Below, one piece after another: positions 58,798 to 64,000 of a DNA stretch of 64,000 nt. Position 1 is the first letter of the stretch. Every line of letters starts with the position of its first letter. Both the position numbers and the translations under genes were made by a program. This DNA comes from Paraspadella gotoi. Lineage: Eukaryota; Animalia; Chaetognatha. The notes below the pieces were generated by a model. That model was given only the letters and a program-made list of their open reading frames with translations, had not been told where the DNA came from and did no database searches. The DNA lies in assembly GCA_051294375.1 (NCBI GenBank), contig CM119264.1:18569581-18633580 (forward strand). The letters run 5' to 3'.

Positions 58798-61700
58798 CTG
58801 CAAAAAAAAATCGTTCGCTTATGCTTACATTATTTAAAGCTTATTTATACTTCATTAAACTATGTATATGTTGGATATGCGACAAAAAAAATTGCGTGAT
58901 AAATTTAAACTATCCTTAATCTGACAACAATTATTTTGATATATATTTTGAGAATTAGTATATACAACTGTTATCTATCTCTCGATGACATTCCCAACTT
59001 AAGAAATTAGGAAGTATCGAGCAAACAGTCGACTGTCGTTTTCTAAATTCTTTGCGATTTTCTCTCTTCCCCTTCCTCCCAATTCTAAGGAGTGTCCCTC
59101 GAGAGATTGATGGCGAGAAGAAATATTTGAGTCAATTCATGTTATCAAAATATTCCGCCCGGAGAACGGACCAGCGGAGTTGAAAAAGAAATAAAATCGA
59201 TCTCAGCTCTATTCACACACTAAATCGAGTTCAGTGAAAAAACTTTTCCCCGAAAGGATTACTAGTTATTATAAAAAGATGTAATAAGTTATTTGGTTTA
59301 TAGAGTGCACTTATTTTGGTTTTATGGACATAACGTCGATGATTTTAAGTTTTTACCATCTAAATGAGAAAAGTTACGTTGCAGACAGTATAAGTAACCA
59401 GAAACTCTCTAAAGTATTAAGTAAAAGAAAATAGTTCTTTCTCGTACTTAATTCCTTGGTTGTCATTATATTACGCAAAATTCACCATCTCTCTCTCTTC
59501 TCCGACGCCTTTTCCCATGACTTTACGTCCCAACGACCAAAGCGGACGACAACTGAGAGCCTCCTTATTTCTCAATAACGTCCCTAAATAGTAAATATGG
59601 CTTTCACCGCCGGAATAAACGAAAATAGAAGGAAATCTCGGTCAGCCGCCGATCTGACGTTTGCGCTGAAGGGACGAGATGGAATTTTTCATTCAACGAC
59701 TTGTTTACCAATGGGCTTTTATGGTGTATAAGTTCTTGAAAAAATATTTATTTAGAAAAAATGTTTTCTAAGTTCATTAAAAAAATGTGACCGAATAATA
59801 GAGTTTATAAATGTGGCAGTTTTCTAAACTTTGAAATTTAACCATTTAGCAAACTTGATTAAATAAATATTCCTAAGTTAATAAATTAAAAATTGGAGAG
59901 AAAGTGAACATTAGTGCATTTTTGAAAGAAAAGCTTCAGTTTCTTTTTTTCGGGAACCCCGAAGACAACCCTCGAACAAGTGTCGAGTATTCCGTGAATT
60001 AAACATTGGAAGTTATCGCGAATAACGGGAAATTCTTTCCTAACAATACAAGTAACACGAAGTTGTTATTTTGCCGATGGTCTTGAAAATCAATGCTATT
60101 TTGTGATACAGAACTTTACTCTTAAACCATGGCAAAACTAACTTTATTTGGCATTCTCCCGGGCATAAGATATATAAAAAGCAATATTTTTTCGCGTCCT
60201 ACGTAGATTTGAACCGAATCCGTCAAAAACGTTACTTAAAATCAATCTGGCGATTGAGCGAAAAATGTGACTAAGATAAGAACGCGTGACGTAATTCTCA
60301 CTCAGCACTCAGTAGGGCAAAAAAAGGCAAAACAAAATTTCGCCGCCTTTTTCTTCACTCTATGTAGTAAGTAAAGCGGCGGGTATTTTTGATGCTGGGT
60401 TCAACTAGTGGATGTTATCCGCCAGCCCAGAAAAGCCGGATAGTGCGGGGGCCCCTGCAGCGCCTTTTCTCTTATTTCGACATCGAGATCAGCAGAGTGC
60501 AGCAGCAAACTAAAATCAGCGGCGTCGCAGCGGGGTCGCTAACTTTTTTCGCTCTGGCGACAAGAAGATTGAAAGAAGATTGACAGCGGCAGCGGCGGCA
60601 GCAAATCATTCACCGCTGGCTACTTTTGCCAGATCGTGGAGGCAGGCGGGGCGGCGGGACTCAGCGGCTTGAGATCGTCTGTTAAAACGATTTGAGGAAA
60701 AGAAAAACTTGACTATTTTATTTAGAACGTATGTGCCCATTGTTCCTCGTCTCCTAATATACTTGAGCAACATTAATTGACATCATCTCTGCTGAATTGT
60801 GAGACTTGTATATAAGTAAAAGTCGTAATCGCAATAAAAGCTGAATGACAGGTCATTATTAACAACAGAGATTAATGACAGAATCACATCTCAAGGCTGA
60901 GAAGGGGCAACCTCCCACGCAACTTAACATCTTTTGTAATTATCGTACTTATATTATCAGAAGTCTTCCTCCAGAAATTGTATTCAGTCTTTCAAACGGC
61001 CTTGACTTCCTACAGATTTCTTTTTCGTCAACACACGGGACCCCGAATTGCCCATCCTCTTCCCTAGTTATGACGGCCTCCCTCCCACCAAGAGACTAAT
61101 CTCCTTCGTGCTTACCCCCTGCCTTCGCATTCCGACGCCTGCATCTAGTGGAAAGGGAGGCTCGATCCCGATAAAGACCCACCCCAGCCTGTGTTCTCGA
61201 AGCCAGAGCATCACCACTTGCCTTAGCAGTTTCCCTCCGGCCGCGCCCATTTTAAAATATGCACCCACTGCCGGCGATCGAGAAACTTTGCTCTTATTGT
61301 TAACTTGTCTTTATATATATAATATATATACAATATATACATTTACTTTTTTCGCTTTTTCTGATCAGTCATCGAATTTGTAACGATTAATTTACGGATA
61401 TTTCTGGGATACATGCGTGAACTTTTGTCTAATTCAATTTTGCTAATTATTAGAAAAAAAATTTTTAGATAGGTTAGCATCGATTTTCTTACCAAAACAG
61501 GAATTACACTGAAACGTCCTGGCTGATTTCTTACAAATTTGGTTTGTTAAATATCATAATATATATATATCAAATAAATATCATAAGAAGGGCAAGATAG
61601 CTTATTTATTAAATGAATGGATAATTTAAATATTGGTTGCACCAATTTTTATAATGCCCGAGACCGAAGAAAGAACGATTTTCCATTCTGCTACGAAAGA

Positions 61701-64000
61701 TTTACATTCCGGAGGCTAATATTCGCTTTGCATTTCGAGGGAAAGAAAACTAAAGATTCAAAAGGAGTGCCTAATTATGCATGCCGACCACAGAAAAACT
61801 TTAAAGCCGCCTATGTACATACGAACATTTTTCTCGATTTAAAATCTAATATTCTTTATCAAAGTTATTTAATTTTTTTGAAATTCTTATTTCAATCCGT
61901 CCAACTTCATGCGCTGCAGTTATTCGCGGGGATAAAGAGAAATGATTCAACTACTGCTGCTGCAGTTTCTACTGCCTGATACAGCGCTGCATCGACCACC
62001 TTTCTTCTTTCATGTTTTAAGAATCTGCATAAAAACAATCAGAATAGCAAACCTGAGAATGATTCAAAAAACTTTAAAAACTATCTTCATATGTCAAATT
62101 GACTGACTGACATAGTAATCAGCAATAAGGGAATACTAACTAAAATCATAAAAATAAGAATTCTTTGGCATAGCGAAACCCGGGAGTAGAGCGAACCCAA
62201 GTTGGAACAGTTTTCACATTGATCTCGCAGATTGTAATCGTGTTCAAGACTGCGAAAAAGATCAATGAGGAAACCGACGCAAAATGGGAAAAGCAAAGAG
62301 AATCCAAGTAGCGGCGTTACTCGGCGAGATAGGGCGGGCCAGGTCTGAGGATAGAGTGGTTCAATTCGAGAGTGTATCCGACAGGAAGCGATGAAACGAG
62401 AACGAATTATGATCGGCGAAACACAAACGACGGAGTCGGTATACGATTGCGTGCAAAATGACGACAAAAGGAGCGAGAGAGAATTAAGCTATTAATAGCG
62501 CAAGTAACAACAAATGCTGAAGATCATTAATGCTTTCTTTTTTTTTTGTCGGGTGCATTTAAATCAGATATCTCCGGTTCATTCATATCAAGAAAGAAAC
62601 AGAAATTTCATTTAAAAAAATACGCGTACTAGAGAAGAAAAAGTTATATCAGAGGAAGAAGCCAATCGTATACCAAGTCCGCCGCGAGTGAGCAGGAAAA
62701 AAGAGAGCGAAAACTTAAGAAGAAAGTTTTCGGGAAGAGAGAGCGAAAGAGAGAGAGAGAGAGAGCGAGAGGATCGCTGAGATCGCTGGGATGGTTGGCG
62801 CAACCCGGCCATTCGTTGATTGAGGGCTAGTGAATTGGAGATCAAATCAATGACGTCGTCACCAAAAATCCTCGTGTTTTAATTGGTTAATTTAGGGGAT
62901 AGAGAAGTAAACCATTGGAGAGATCCCAATATTCGTTGGGAGTTGTAGATTAGATCGAGATATGCGAGAAAATGAACGCTAAAGAGAAAGACAGAGGAAA
63001 TGAGTACAGTAGAGTTGAAGTCGACGGCAGGCTATCATTATTTTAATAATTTTTTTTAATGTTTAGCCAATACGAATTTTTTTTTTGCTTGTACATAGAT
63101 AAAAATAACACGGAAAGTTTTTTTATATCTTTAAAAGTTAATGTTTGGTATTAAAAATATTAGCTTCATAACGATAGAAATTACCAGACATGCAATCAAT
63201 GCTTTTAATTTAGTATTTATTTAAGTGATAAGTTCTATATTTATTTTCATTATGATTATAAAAAAAAATTTAGATAAGTAAAAAAGAGCAGCACTTGTTA
63301 GTTGAAATTTTAAGTCACATTATATGTTTTTATACTGTTTTTGATATTGTTAAATTGTTTATGTATAAGATAATTATATGAAAATAATGTCAAAATATAA
63401 TCAAAAATTCTTAGAAAAGTTTAATATTTAAAAAAAATATTTTGCATATATCAACTATGAAGCTATCGTGTACATAGTATTCTTAGGTATGTTATACGAG
63501 AAGAGTGCCAAGAGTCAATAAGAGAGTCTAGATAGAAAGCTTATTGTGTCTTGCTATATTATCTTGTCAAAAGATTGGAGACCATAACCAAAGCCTGTCC
63601 AAAATCAGAAGAAAATATAGCATATTTATTGAATGAAAGTATAATTTTTATCTTGGTTATAGTACAGATTTTATTAAAGTTATATTTTTGTTTTAATACC
63701 CGCTTAAACTTTTGTGAAATCCTGACATCTAACGCGCAATTGAAAAAGGTTATGAAACAAAAGATTGCCAAGAAACAATATTTTTATCTGACATTTGAGA
63801 TAAACAATTGTTTTATTGAAAAGTCGAAAAGTAAAATAAGTCTAAGGGTTGGGATTAAAAACTTAGAGTAGTATTTATCTTCAGATTTTATTATAAAATA
63901 ATTATTGAATATCACATTATAATATACCAAAAAAATTACTGATCTTTTTTTTATTTTTGATATAGGTTTTATTTTTTGATGCTTTTACAATATGCTACGC

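Overview
AT-rich invertebrate (metazoan) genomic scaffold with short introns, many (GA/CT)n tracts, five N-gaps and several indel-rich stretches that look like long-read gap fill. The species cannot be identified from the sequence. (1) 1-35.1 kb: a multi-exon von Willebrand factor/gel-forming-mucin family gene (three VWD-C8-TIL assemblies, a short unique domain, about 41 tandem six-Cys repeats mostly in one 3.9-kb exon, VWC, C-terminal cystine knot). It is locally mis-assembled, so parts occur two or three times, including an inverted copy, which exposes allelic or paralogous differences. (2) 40-47.3 kb: a segment present twice across a gap, carrying exons for a Cys-less IgV-like domain fused to a degenerate CAP/SCP domain. 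(3) 49.5-55.6 kb: a complete 13-exon type I membrane Ig-superfamily gene. Most notable mobile DNA: a TRIM-like miniature LTR element (tRNA-Trp-type PBS, PPT) plus solo LTRs of three families that each embed a tRNA-like sequence; a polymorphic 541-bp Penelope-type insertion with three hammerhead ribozyme motifs and a 12-bp TSD, whose empty site is also in the window; and a polymorphic Helentron/HINE-like element. One mucin-gene exon differs between copies at 14 codons, all nonsynonymous. All calls come from manual reading; no database searches were run.
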